A stretch of 64,000 bases of DNA from NCBI GenBank assembly GCA_963713045.1, contig CAVQKE010000004.1, positions 160,001 to 224,000 of the forward strand, in the 5' to 3' direction. Made by a program: the position numbers and the translations under genes. The notes under the pieces were generated by a model, which did no database searches, was not told the origin of the DNA, and saw nothing but the letters and a program-made list of their open reading frames with translations. The stretch comes from an uncultured delta proteobacterium (GTDB lineage: Bacteria > Myxococcota > Myxococcia > Myxococcales > Myxococcaceae). Below, in pieces: positions 34,287 to 43,579 of this stretch (positions are counted from its first letter, which is position 1; each line of letters starts with the position of its first letter).

Positions 34287-35687
34287 TTGGCTGAGACTTT
34301 CGACGTGGTCATCATCGGCGCAGGCCCAGGCGGTTACGTCGCCGCTGTCCGCGCCGGCCAGCTTGGCCTCAAGACGGCCATCATCGAGAAGGACAAGCGG
34401 CTCGGCGGAACGTGCCTCCTCCGCGGCTGCATCCCCACCAAGTCGCTGCTCTGGACCGCTGAACTGTGGTCCCATGTGCTGCAGGCAGCGGACTTCGGCA
34501 TCGACCTGAAGAGCCCGGCCATCAACTGGGCCCAGGCCATGAAACACAAGGCCGAGGTGGTCACCAAAGGGGCCAACGGCGTCGACTACCTCATGAAGAA
34601 GAACAAGGTCCAAGTCTTCAAAGGCACCGGCCGCATCTCCGGCAAGGGGAAAGTGGAAGTCGCCCTGGCGACTGGAGAGAAACAAACCCTCGACGCCAAG
34701 AAGACCATCATCGCCTCGGGCAGCATCTGTAAGACGCTGCCCAGCATCCCGGTCGACCACAAGTTGGTCTACAACTCCGACTCCATTCTCGAGCTCGAAA
34801 AGGTCCCCGAAAGCATCATCGTCGTCGGGGCCGGCGCAGTGGGCTGTGAGTTTGCCTCCATCTTCGCGCACGTCGGCTCCAAAGCCACTGTCCTTGAATT
34901 TCTCCCGCACCTGTTGCCCATCGAGGACGAGGACATCAGCAAGGAGCTCGAGAAGCAGTTCCGGAAGCGAAAAATCGACTTCGAACTCTCGGCGCGGGTG
35001 GACAAGGTGGAGCCCGGCGGCAAAGGGGTGCGGGTGACCATGCAGACGCCCGCTGGGGTGAAGACGCTGGAGTCGGCCATCCTTCTTTCTGCCGTCGGAC
35101 GCTCCCCATTCACCGACGGGCTGGGCCTCGAGAACACCAACATCAAGCTGGACAAGGGCTTCATTCCCACCGACGGGCTGATGCGGACCACCGAGCCCGG
35201 CGTCTACGCCATCGGCGACGTCGTTCCGACGCCGATGCTGGCGCACGTCGCGTTTGCCGAGGGCATCCTGGCGGTCGAGGACTTGGCCGGTCAGGACGTG
35301 ACGCCCATCAACTATGACCTCACCCCCAACGCCACCTATTGCTACCCCGAGGTGGCGAGCGTCGGCCTGACCGAGAAGAAGGCGCGCGAGCGGGGCTACG
35401 ACGTCAAGACGGGCATCTTTCCCTTTACGGCCATCATCAAGGCCACCATGTCCGACGAGCAGGGCCTCGGGTTTTGCAAGGTGGTCTCAGAGAAGAAGTA
35501 CGACGAGGTGCTGGGCGTGCACTTGGTCGGGCCGCACGCCACCGAGCTGTTGGCCGAAGCCTGCATCGCGCTCCGGCTGGAGACCACCACCGAGGAGCTC
35601 GGCCGCACCATGCACGCCCACCCGACACTGTCGGAGATTCTGAAGGAGTCGGCGGAGATGACTCTGGGGCACCCCATCCACATTTAG
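34287..35687 (+). CDS. lpdA: Dihydrolipoyl dehydrogenase
   Basis: GGAGGAG RBS with TTG start; GAGPGGY, GGTCLLRGCIP, HAHPTLSE. Confidence 0.95.
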   Translation: MAETFDVVIIGAGPGGYVAAVRAGQLGLKTAIIEKDKRLGGTCLLRGCIPTKSLLWTAELWSHVLQAADFGIDLKSPAINWAQAMKHKAEVVTKGANGVDYLMKKNKVQVFKGTGRISGKGKVEVALATGEKQTLDAKKTIIASGSICKTLPSIPVDHKLVYNSDSILELEKVPESIIVVGAGAVGCEFASIFAHVGSKATVLEFLPHLLPIEDEDISKELEKQFRKRKIDFELSARVDKVEPGGKGVRVTMQTPAGVKTLESAILLSAVGRSPFTDGLGLENTNIKLDKGFIPTDGLMRTTEPGVYAIGDVVPTPMLAHVAFAEGILAVEDLAGQDVTPINYDLTPNATYCYPEVASVGLTEKKARERGYDVKTGIFPFTAIIKATMSDEQGLGFCKVVSEKKYDEVLGVHLVGPHATELLAEACIALRLETTTEELGRTMHAHPTLSEILKESAEMTLGHPIHI

Positions 35688-35775
35688 CCCTGGGCACCCC
35701 CGCCCCGAGCCCGACGCTTTTGCATCGTTTCATGCTCGCGGTGGGGAGTGACGTTACACTCTCGCCCGACGCCCC

Positions 35776-36693
35776 ATGGCCACACCCGACCGCTTCCCGT
35801 TGCCGCAAGCCGCCCCAGGCCAGAAGCCCGACTGGCTGAAGGTGCGGCTCCCGCACGGCGAAGGCTACGAGCGGGTGAAGGCAATCGTCCGCCAGACAAA
35901 GCTTGCCACCGTGTGCGAGGAGGCCCGCTGTCCAAACATCGCCGAGTGCTGGGGTGGTGGCACGGCCACCGTGATGCTGATGGGGGAGGTCTGCACCCGG
36001 GCGTGCCGTTTCTGCCACGTGAAGGTGGGAGCTCCGTTGCCCCTGGACCCAGACGAGCCCCAGCACCTGGCCCGGGCCGTAAAGGAGCTGAGCCTCGCCT
36101 ACATCGTGGTGACGTCGGTCAACCGCGACGACCGACCCGATGGCGGGGCCGGGCATTTCGCTGCAGCCATCCGCGCCCTGCGTCACGAGAGCCCAACGAC
36201 CACGGTGGAGGTCCTGATTCCGGACTTCCAAGGCGTGGAGTGTGACTTGGCCACGGTGGCGGAGGCGCGTCCACATGTGGTGGCGCACAACATCGAGACC
36301 GTCGAGCGGCTGACGCCCACCGTGCGGGACCGCCGGGCTGGCTACCGGCAGTCGCTGCGGGTGCTGGAATACCTCAAGGGCCGCCCGGAAAAGCTGTACA
36401 CCAAGACTTCGGTGATGCTCGGCCTCGGAGAGACGGACGCCGAGCTAGAGCAGACCTTCCGCGACCTGCGTGACGTGGGGGTGGACGTCCTCACCCTCGG
36501 TCAGTACCTGCAGCCCTCCCAGTACCACCTGCGGGTCGCCCGCTTCGTCTCCCCGGCACAATTCGCCGTCTACCGTGAGGCCGCTGCGGAGATGGGCTTT
36601 CTCTACGTCGCGGCAGGTCCGCTGGTACGCTCCAGCTACCGCGCGGCCGAGTTCTTTCTGCAAGGGCTGATGGAGCAGGGACGCCACGCCTGA
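35776..36693 (+). CDS. lipA: Lipoyl synthase
   Basis: [25 protein letters not shown]. Confidence 0.96.
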   Translation: MATPDRFPLPQAAPGQKPDWLKVRLPHGEGYERVKAIVRQTKLATVCEEARCPNIAECWGGGTATVMLMGEVCTRACRFCHVKVGAPLPLDPDEPQHLARAVKELSLAYIVVTSVNRDDRPDGGAGHFAAAIRALRHESPTTTVEVLIPDFQGVECDLATVAEARPHVVAHNIETVERLTPTVRDRRAGYRQSLRVLEYLKGRPEKLYTKTSVMLGLGETDAELEQTFRDLRDVGVDVLTLGQYLQPSQYHLRVARFVSPAQFAVYREAAAEMGFLYVAAGPLVRSSYRAAEFFLQGLMEQGRHA

Positions 36694-36724
36694 CGCTCAC
36701 CCGCAGAACCCCTAGGGAGCCGCC

Positions 36725-37957
36725 TTGCCCACCTTCGAGTTCAAGCTTCCGGACCTCGGCGAGGGCGTCGTCGAGGGAGAAATTGTCCAATGGCTGGTGT
36801 CGCCCGGAGACGTCGTCGCCGAGGACCAGGCCCTGGTGGAATTGATGACGGACAAGGCCACCGTCACGGTGCCGACGCCACGCGCCGGCAAGGTGCTGGG
36901 GGTCCACGGCAAGGTGGGCGAGATGGCCAAGGTGCACGCCCCACTGGTCACGCTGGAAGTCGACTCCGGCGGCCCCTCGACTGCCGTCGCGCCGTCCACG
37001 CCGCTGCCGGTGGGCATCAAGGTAGCCGCCGCCTCCGTTTCGGAAGCGCGCGAGGTTTCCAAGGTGCTGGCGACGCCGGTGACGCGTCGGATGGCGCGAG
37101 AGCACGGCATTGACCTCGGCGCCATTCCCGGCAGTGGACCGCAGGGTCGAGTCCTCAAGGCGGATCTCGTGGCCGTGCTGGGCAACGGCGCGGAATCGGC
37201 GCCGGCCCCGCGAGAAGTCCCTCGGCTGGTGCCCCTGCAGCATGCCAGCGTCGACCAGCGCATCCCCCTTCGGGGTCTCCGGAAGCGAATTGCGGAGAAA
37301 ATTGTGCGCAGCAAATTCACCGCTCCGCATGCCACCTTCGTGGAAGAGGCGGACTTCACCGAGCTGCTGAGGCTGCGGAAGCGTCTCAACGAGTCGCTGG
37401 CGGCCGCCGGGGATGAGACGCGGCTTTCGTTCCTGCCCTTCTTCTGTAAGGCGCTGCTGCCAGTCATGGCCCGTTTTCCCACCCTCAATGCCAACTTCGA
37501 CGACGCCACCCAGGAGCTGGTGCTGCGCGCCGCTTACAACTTCGGCATCGCTGCCGCCACCGACGACGGGCTCATCGTGCCCGTGGTGAAGGACGTCGCC
37601 CGGCTCACCTTGCGTCAGCTGGCCGCGGAAATTGCTCGACTGGCCGCGGCCGCGCGGACCAAGCAGTTGAAAATGGAGGAGCTCTCCGGCGGCACCTTCA
37701 CCATCAGTTCGCTCGGCACTTCCGGCGGCCTGTTCGCCACACCCATCATCAATTACCCGGAGGTGGCCATCCTCGGCATCCACCGGATTCGGCGGCGGCC
37801 GGTGGTGGTGGAGGAGCAAATGGTGATTCGGGACGTGGGCAACGTCTCGCTCTCCTTCGACCACCGAGTCATTGACGGGCAGGTCGCCGCCGACGCCACC
37901 TACGCACTGATTCACCACCTCGAACGGCCGGAGACGCTGTTCCTCGACATGGCCTGA
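36725..37957 (+). CDS. Dihydrolipoamide acyltransferase (2-oxoacid dehydrogenase E2)
   Basis: One lipoyl domain (MTDKA), an E3-binding domain (GSGPQGRV), and DHRVIDG. Confidence 0.93.
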   Translation: MPTFEFKLPDLGEGVVEGEIVQWLVSPGDVVAEDQALVELMTDKATVTVPTPRAGKVLGVHGKVGEMAKVHAPLVTLEVDSGGPSTAVAPSTPLPVGIKVAAASVSEAREVSKVLATPVTRRMAREHGIDLGAIPGSGPQGRVLKADLVAVLGNGAESAPAPREVPRLVPLQHASVDQRIPLRGLRKRIAEKIVRSKFTAPHATFVEEADFTELLRLRKRLNESLAAAGDETRLSFLPFFCKALLPVMARFPTLNANFDDATQELVLRAAYNFGIAAATDDGLIVPVVKDVARLTLRQLAAEIARLAAAARTKQLKMEELSGGTFTISSLGTSGGLFATPIINYPEVAILGIHRIRRRPVVVEEQMVIRDVGNVSLSFDHRVIDGQVAADATYALIHHLERPETLFLDMA

Positions 37958-37965
37958 GACATGCC

Positions 37966-38337
37966 GTGGCCGACGACGTCCGCCAGCTGTTGATGTCTGC
38001 CCAAGCCGCCGAGCGCACCGGGGACCTTCGGTTAGCCCAGGAATTGCTCGAACAAGCGGCGCGCGCATGCCAGGCGGGCGGCCGAGCCGCGCGAGCCGAG
38101 CAGCTCCTGCGGCACGCTCGACGGTTGGCTGAGACTCTGCCCGGGGATGGAACCAGGCCCTTCCTCGAGCGGGTCGCGGTGCTTGCCGAGGCGAGCCAAT
38201 CCGCTTGGTGTAGCTTTTGTTGTCGCCCCTCCACCGAAGTGGGGCGCCTGGTGGCAGGGCCGGCTGGGGCCTTCATCTGCCGTGGCTGCGTGGAGCGCGC
38301 CGTGGCGCTTCTGCAGCCGGTGACTCGGGACGGATGA
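37966..38337 (+). CDS. ClpX C4-type zinc finger protein
   Basis: CSFC...LVAGP..FICRGC after a helical N-terminus; no ATPase domain. Confidence 0.8.
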   Translation: MADDVRQLLMSAQAAERTGDLRLAQELLEQAARACQAGGRAARAEQLLRHARRLAETLPGDGTRPFLERVAVLAEASQSAWCSFCCRPSTEVGRLVAGPAGAFICRGCVERAVALLQPVTRDG

Positions 38338-39434
38338 GTTCGCGTTCTCTTCGGGTGCTGCGGCTCGGGCGCGTGGAATATCCGGACGGGCTGGTGCTGC
38401 AGGAGCAGCTGGCGCGGGCGCGTCGGGCCGGGACGGTGGGCGACACACTCCTGTTGCTCGAGCATCCACCCACCGTCACGCTGGGCCGCGGGGCCAAGCC
38501 CTCCAACGTCCTGGCTTCCACCGAGGAGCTAAGCCAGCGCGGGGTAGCCGTCCACGCGACCGACCGCGGAGGGGACGTCACCTACCATGGGCCCGGGCAG
38601 CTGGTGGGCTACCCGGTGCTCGACTTGGCCGGGCCGCGGGCCGACGTCCGCGCCTACGTCCGAAGTGTCGAAGCAGGCCTCATCCACGGCCTGGCCGGCT
38701 TCGGGCTGTCCACCGGACGGCTGCCGCGCTGGCCCGGGGTTTGGCTTGGCGAAGAGGGCAAGGACGCCCGCAAAATCGCCGCCATCGGCGTGCACATCGC
38801 GCGGTGGGTCACCACCCACGGGTTTGCCCTCAATGTGAACCCCGCGATGGAGGACTTTTCCTTAATTCTCCCCTGCGGCATCGCCGAGGCTGGGGTGACG
38901 TCCATGGAGCGTGAGCTGGGGCGGGCCCCGGGCTGGGAAGCGGTGGAGGGGGCCCTGGCCCGGGCCTATGGGGACGTCTGGGAATGCGAGGTGGAGGAAG
39001 GCCAGCCGGACGTGGACACCGTCTCCGTCACCGTGACGCGGGAAGGGCGCGCCGGGATGGAAGTGCTGCTCCTGTTGCGGACCACCGAGAAGGGCGGCTT
39101 TTGGCAGCCCGTCACCGGACGGCGAGAGGCCCGCGAGACGGCGGAGGCCGCCGCGGAGCGCGAGTTGGCCGAAGAAACGGGGCACGCCCTCCGCGTCCGT
39201 CCGCTGCACTACCGGCACGCTTTCGCACTGGGCGAAGCGAGCCCCCCGGTGGTGGCCCGCGAGGAGGCCTTCGCAGCCGTTTGGGAAGGTGACGCGCCGG
39301 TGCGACTCGGCCCCGAGCACCAGGCGTTTGCCTGGCTTTCGGTGCCCGAGGCACTGAAACGGTTGCCCTACCTCGGGTTGCGGCGAGCTGTGGAACGGGC
39401 GACCACCCACGGCCAGTCGCCGGTCTGGCGGTAA
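38334..39434 (+). CDS. lipB: Octanoyltransferase LipB fused to a C-terminal NUDIX domain
   Basis: LLEHPP, RGGDVTYHGPGQLVGY, KIAAIG, HGFALN, PCGI; then FWQPVTG and a Nudix box GRREARETAEAAAERELAEETG. Confidence 0.92.
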   Translation: MSSRSLRVLRLGRVEYPDGLVLQEQLARARRAGTVGDTLLLLEHPPTVTLGRGAKPSNVLASTEELSQRGVAVHATDRGGDVTYHGPGQLVGYPVLDLAGPRADVRAYVRSVEAGLIHGLAGFGLSTGRLPRWPGVWLGEEGKDARKIAAIGVHIARWVTTHGFALNVNPAMEDFSLILPCGIAEAGVTSMERELGRAPGWEAVEGALARAYGDVWECEVEEGQPDVDTVSVTVTREGRAGMEVLLLLRTTEKGGFWQPVTGRREARETAEAAAERELAEETGHALRVRPLHYRHAFALGEASPPVVAREEAFAAVWEGDAPVRLGPEHQAFAWLSVPEALKRLPYLGLRRAVERATTHGQSPVWR

Positions 39435-39446
39435 GCCACCGCGAGG

Positions 39447-40400
39447 CTATCCTGCACCCCGCGCGGCGGGCAGGTGCGTCGCGCGCAGACTGGAGCCCCG
39501 CGCCTCCTGGTCCAACTTCAACGTCAGGCCTTCACGTGCCGCGAGCGTTCCAGGGAAGAGACGGCGCGCCTTGCGCTCGACGGCCCGAAGGGCGCCATCA
39601 TCGCGCTCCGGGTCGTGGTGAAAGAGGACCAGCTTCTTGGCATGGGCCGCCCTGGCTGCCTCCACCGCCGCAGTCCAGCTGCTGTGGCCCCAGCCAAGCT
39701 TTCCGGGTGGGCCGACGTACTCCTCGGGCGTGTACATCGCGTCGTAGATGAGGACGTCCGTGTCGCGGGCAAAGTTGGATAATTGCCCATCGACCGCGCT
39801 TCCATGCTCGATGTCGGTGGCGTACACCACGCTTCGCCCCTGGAAGTCGACGCGGTAGCCAAGCGCGCCGCCGGGGTGGTGCAACTCCAGGGCCCGCACC
39901 TGGGCCTCGCCGAGCTGGACGACGTCCCCGGCGGCGATTGGCCGGTACTCCACCTGTGCGAGGAAGACTGCCTCCGCCGTGACTGGGAAATAGGGCGGAG
40001 ACATTTGGCCCGCCAAAATGGACTGGACATCGCGCTGCGCACGCGTCGGCCCGCGGATAACGAAGCGGTTCCGCGCGTCGAACATCGGCGAGAAGAAGGG
40101 CAGACCCTGCAGGTGGTCGTAGTGGTAGTGCGACAGGAAAAGGTCCGCGCTGGCAGGCGCCGCGCGCGTCCGGAGGGCCTCGCCCAGAGCACGGGCGCCA
40201 GAGCCAAGGTCAAAGATGAGCAGTCGCTCGGCGCAACGCACCTCGACGCACGAGGTATTCCCTCCGTAGACGCGCGTGCGAGGTCCTGGGCTGGGGATGG
40301 AGCCCCGAACTCCCCAGAAGGTGACGTGAAACAGCGACCGAGGCGACCCCGGGGCGCTAGCTTGCCCTCGCCGACTGGTCGTCCTCCCCGAAGAGCTCAA
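39447..40400 (-). CDS. MBL-fold metallo-hydrolase (start uncertain)
   Basis: FWGVRGSIP, YGGNTSC, SHYHYDH, GWGHS, LFHHDP. Confidence 0.88.
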   Translation of the reverse strand: MSSSGRTTSRRGQASAPGSPRSLFHVTFWGVRGSIPSPGPRTRVYGGNTSCVEVRCAERLLIFDLGSGARALGEALRTRAAPASADLFLSHYHYDHLQGLPFFSPMFDARNRFVIRGPTRAQRDVQSILAGQMSPPYFPVTAEAVFLAQVEYRPIAAGDVVQLGEAQVRALELHHPGGALGYRVDFQGRSVVYATDIEHGSAVDGQLSNFARDTDVLIYDAMYTPEEYVGPPGKLGWGHSSWTAAVEAARAAHAKKLVLFHHDPERDDGALRAVERKARRLFPGTLAAREGLTLKLDQEARGSSLRATHLPAARGAG

Positions 40401-41016
40401 TCAGGTGCCCCGTGCGCTCGCGCTTGGTCCGCAGGTAGTCCACGTTATGCGGATTGTGCGACGCCGGGGAAGGGATGCGGCTGCGGACCGGGACGCCTTC
40501 CTCCACCAGCCCGGCAATTTTCAGCGGGTTGTTGGTGATGAGGTCCACACTGCGCACGCCGAGCAGCCGCAGCATGTCGGCAGCGACGTCATAGCTGCGC
40601 ATGTCATCCGGGAAGCCAAGCCGCCGATTGGCCTCGTAGGTATCCAAGCCCTTGGCCTGCAGCGCATAGGCTTTCACCTTGTTGCCAAGTCCAATCCCGC
40701 GGCCCTCCTGGCGCAGGTAGAGCACCACGCCGCGGCCCCGGGCTGCGACGTAGTCCAGTGCTCGGTCGAGCTGTTGGCGACAATCGCACTTGAGGCTTCC
40801 CAGCACCTCGCTGGTCAAGCACTCCGAATGCACCCGAACCGGGACGCCCTCTTGTCCGAAGACTTCCCCCATCACCATGGCCACGTGCTCGCGCGCCGAG
40901 CCCTTCTCCCGGAAAACGACAATTCGAAACGTCCCCCGCGCCGTGGGCAACGGAGCTTCGCTGTACAGCTCCAGCCGGTGGGTCCGTCGGGGAAGCGACT
41001 GTGGCGTCTCGAGCAT
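40357..41016 (-). CDS. ribA: GTP cyclohydrolase II
   Basis: RVHSEC...CDC, QEGRGIGL, TNNPLK. Confidence 0.95.
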   Translation of the reverse strand: MLETPQSLPRRTHRLELYSEAPLPTARGTFRIVVFREKGSAREHVAMVMGEVFGQEGVPVRVHSECLTSEVLGSLKCDCRQQLDRALDYVAARGRGVVLYLRQEGRGIGLGNKVKAYALQAKGLDTYEANRRLGFPDDMRSYDVAADMLRLLGVRSVDLITNNPLKIAGLVEEGVPVRSRIPSPASHNPHNVDYLRTKRERTGHLIELFGEDDQSARAS

Positions 41017-41039
41017 AAGCCCCTTTAAAGATGCGCCTT

Positions 41040-42278
41040 CTAGGCCGCCGTTGCGGCCGGACCCCAGGAAACAGCGAGGAGCTGCACTGGGTCTCCCAGA
41101 CCCAAGCTAATGGCCTCCATGGGAAAGTGCAGAAGGTGCGTGGCGGTGGAAGCGGACCGCACCGCGCCGGACGTCTGGCTGCTGAGAGGCTCGGCCCACA
41201 GCTCTCCGTCCCGGAAGGTTGCCCGCACCCGGAGGTAGTGTGCAAGCCCGGCACGTTTCCGCAGCGCCACCGCCGTCCGCGCGAGCACCGGCTGTGGCAG
41301 CACGTCCAGGTGTCCGAGAAGCCGGCGAAGTGCCGGCCGCACAAACAGTTCGAACGCCACCAGCGACGAGGTGGGATTGCCGGGGAGCCCGAAGACGAGG
41401 GTGCGCTCCCGACGGGCAAAGGCCACCGGCTTTCCGGGCTTGATGGCGATGCCCCAGAAGTCGCTGACGACGCCCAGCTGCTCGAAGGCGCTGCGCACGA
41501 AGTCCTTTTCGCCCACCGACATGCCGGCGCTGGTGAGGACGACGTCGGCGTCGAGGGCCTGCGCGAGGAGTCGCTTGACGTCCTCGACGTTGTCGCGGGC
41601 GATGCCCAAAAGCTCTGCAACGCCGCCGATGCGGCCGACCGCGAGGCCCAGCGAGGGGGAGTTGGTGTCCACAATGTGCCCCGGCAGAAGGGTGTCGGGC
41701 CGGCACAACTCATCTCCGGTGGCGAGGATGGCCACCCGCGGGCGGCGCGGCACCGAAACTCCGGTGAGGCACTGTCCCCACAGCAGTGCCGCCTCTGGGA
41801 TGCCGAGGCCGGTGCCCCGGGGCAACAACAACTCCCCGGCTTTCGCGTCCTCACCCGCCAGGCGCACGTTGGTGCCGGCCACCACCGCGTCCAGCACTTC
41901 CACGCCGCCGAGGCCCGGCCCTTCGAAAGCGCGCGCCCGCTCCTGCATGACGACGGCTGTGGCGCCCTGGGGCAACGGCGCGCCAGTCATGATGCGGGCC
42001 GCCTCGCCTCTTCCGAGAGCCCGGGTGGGGCTGTCGCCGGCGTAAATGGCTTCCACCACGCGCAGACGCGCGCCCGGCTGCGCCGCGTCCGCTGCGCGTA
42101 ACGCGTAACCGTCCATTGCAGAATTGTCCCAGGGCGGCTGGGTGACGCGCGCCACCACCTCCTCGGCCAATGCGCGCCCGACAGCGTCCTGCACCGGAGC
42201 CCACTCGGGGCTGAGAGGCTGGCAGGCCGCCAGAATGCGGCCTTGTGCCTCAGCGACTGTCAGTAGGGCCTGGTCCAT
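41040..42278 (-). CDS. moeA: Molybdopterin molybdenumtransferase
   Basis: SAMDGYA, IMTGA, TGDEL, KPGKP, GLPGNP. Confidence 0.94.
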   Translation of the reverse strand: MDQALLTVAEAQGRILAACQPLSPEWAPVQDAVGRALAEEVVARVTQPPWDNSAMDGYALRAADAAQPGARLRVVEAIYAGDSPTRALGRGEAARIMTGAPLPQGATAVVMQERARAFEGPGLGGVEVLDAVVAGTNVRLAGEDAKAGELLLPRGTGLGIPEAALLWGQCLTGVSVPRRPRVAILATGDELCRPDTLLPGHIVDTNSPSLGLAVGRIGGVAELLGIARDNVEDVKRLLAQALDADVVLTSAGMSVGEKDFVRSAFEQLGVVSDFWGIAIKPGKPVAFARRERTLVFGLPGNPTSSLVAFELFVRPALRRLLGHLDVLPQPVLARTAVALRKRAGLAHYLRVRATFRDGELWAEPLSSQTSGAVRSASTATHLLHFPMEAISLGLGDPVQLLAVSWGPAATAA

Positions 42279-42365
42279 GGCGAGAGACCCACTGTGGCAC
42301 AATTTTTTAGGAATTTGAGGGACTTAGATTGACAACCGGAGGGCCAGGACGTTAGGAGGCCAGCC

Positions 42366-43562
42366 GTGACGTCGAAGGCTAGGACTGGGGCTCGGGCGAA
42401 AAAGCGTCCGGTGAAGACCCCACCCAAGAAACCCCCCAGGAAAGTTGGACTCTTGAAGAGCGCCACGCGCAAGGTGGCGACCGCTGTCGCCCGTTTGAGG
42501 GCTGCAGCGGTTGCGAAGCCGGCTGTCGCAGCGGTCCGGAATGCAGCGCCCGGCGTCCCAAGCCGGCTACCGGAGCGGCAGCGGCCGCGGGCCACCAAGT
42601 TGCCGCCGGTCGGCGAGTCCTTAACCCGGCGCGAGATGGAGCAGATTCTCACCGCCGCGGCTGGCCGGGGTGTCACCGGCGAAGGAAGCCTCAAGGGCCG
42701 TCTGGTGGTGAAGGACGGGCTGCCCTGTCTTCATGTGGTGGGCCGGGACAAGCGAGAGCTTGCCTTCCTTCTGCAGGGGCCGGACCAGGAGGTGCTTCCG
42801 GCCTACGTCGACCACAAGGTCAGCGTGACGGGCCTCATCCGGAAGACGCACAACTACGGCGGGACGGTGGATGTCCGTAAGTACTCGGCGAAGAAGCCGG
42901 AGGCAGAAGGAGTTGAGCCGGCGCCGGCCCCATTGAAGCTGAGCTACCTGTCCCCCGGGGAATTGGAGCAGGTGTCCAACCCGGGGATGGGGGCTGGCAT
43001 GCGAGGCTTTGCCACGCTGCGCGGTGCCCTGGAGATGACGGGTGACGCCTTTGTGCTGGTGGTGTCCAACGGCGGCACGCGACAGCAGGTGTCTTTCCTA
43101 CTTGAAGGGAAGTTGGGCAAGTCCCTCCGGAAGTCCATCGGGCACCAGGTGCAGGTCTCGGGCGTGATGGACAAGACGTCCGGTTGGGGAGGGCGGGTGG
43201 CGGTGGAAGTCGTGGAGCTGCGACCGCATGAGTTGCGCAGCGTCTCCCGTGACAACTTGGACGTCCTTGAAGTCAACGTCAGTGAGGTGGACGGGCCCTT
43301 GGAAGTGCGGATGAACAATGGCCTCAGCGTCACCCTGCCCGAGCGCAGCGGACATATGTGGGCCATCGAGCCCACCGTTGCCAAGCGGGTAGGCTTGCGG
43401 GAGGCTATTTTTCATCCCACGCAAAGCGGGCCTGGAGTGCGTGAGTTCTTCTTCACCCCACGCAACCCAGGGGTGTTTGACGTCGACTTCTTTCTGGCCA
43501 AAGCGTTCGCACCCGCGCAAGTCCACAAGACGGTCCGCGTCACTGTCTCGGTGAAGGCCTGA
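42366..43562 (+). CDS. Hypothetical protein: Lys-rich N-tail, two tandem OB-fold-like repeats, chagasin (I42)-like C-terminal domain
   Basis: AGGAGG RBS; visible internal duplication; C-terminal LSVTLPERSGHMW...REFFFTP..PG. Confidence 0.7.
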   Translation: MTSKARTGARAKKRPVKTPPKKPPRKVGLLKSATRKVATAVARLRAAAVAKPAVAAVRNAAPGVPSRLPERQRPRATKLPPVGESLTRREMEQILTAAAGRGVTGEGSLKGRLVVKDGLPCLHVVGRDKRELAFLLQGPDQEVLPAYVDHKVSVTGLIRKTHNYGGTVDVRKYSAKKPEAEGVEPAPAPLKLSYLSPGELEQVSNPGMGAGMRGFATLRGALEMTGDAFVLVVSNGGTRQQVSFLLEGKLGKSLRKSIGHQVQVSGVMDKTSGWGGRVAVEVVELRPHELRSVSRDNLDVLEVNVSEVDGPLEVRMNNGLSVTLPERSGHMWAIEPTVAKRVGLREAIFHPTQSGPGVREFFFTPRNPGVFDVDFFLAKAFAPAQVHKTVRVTVSVKA

Positions 43563-43579
43563 CTTCCGGCGCCGCGCGC

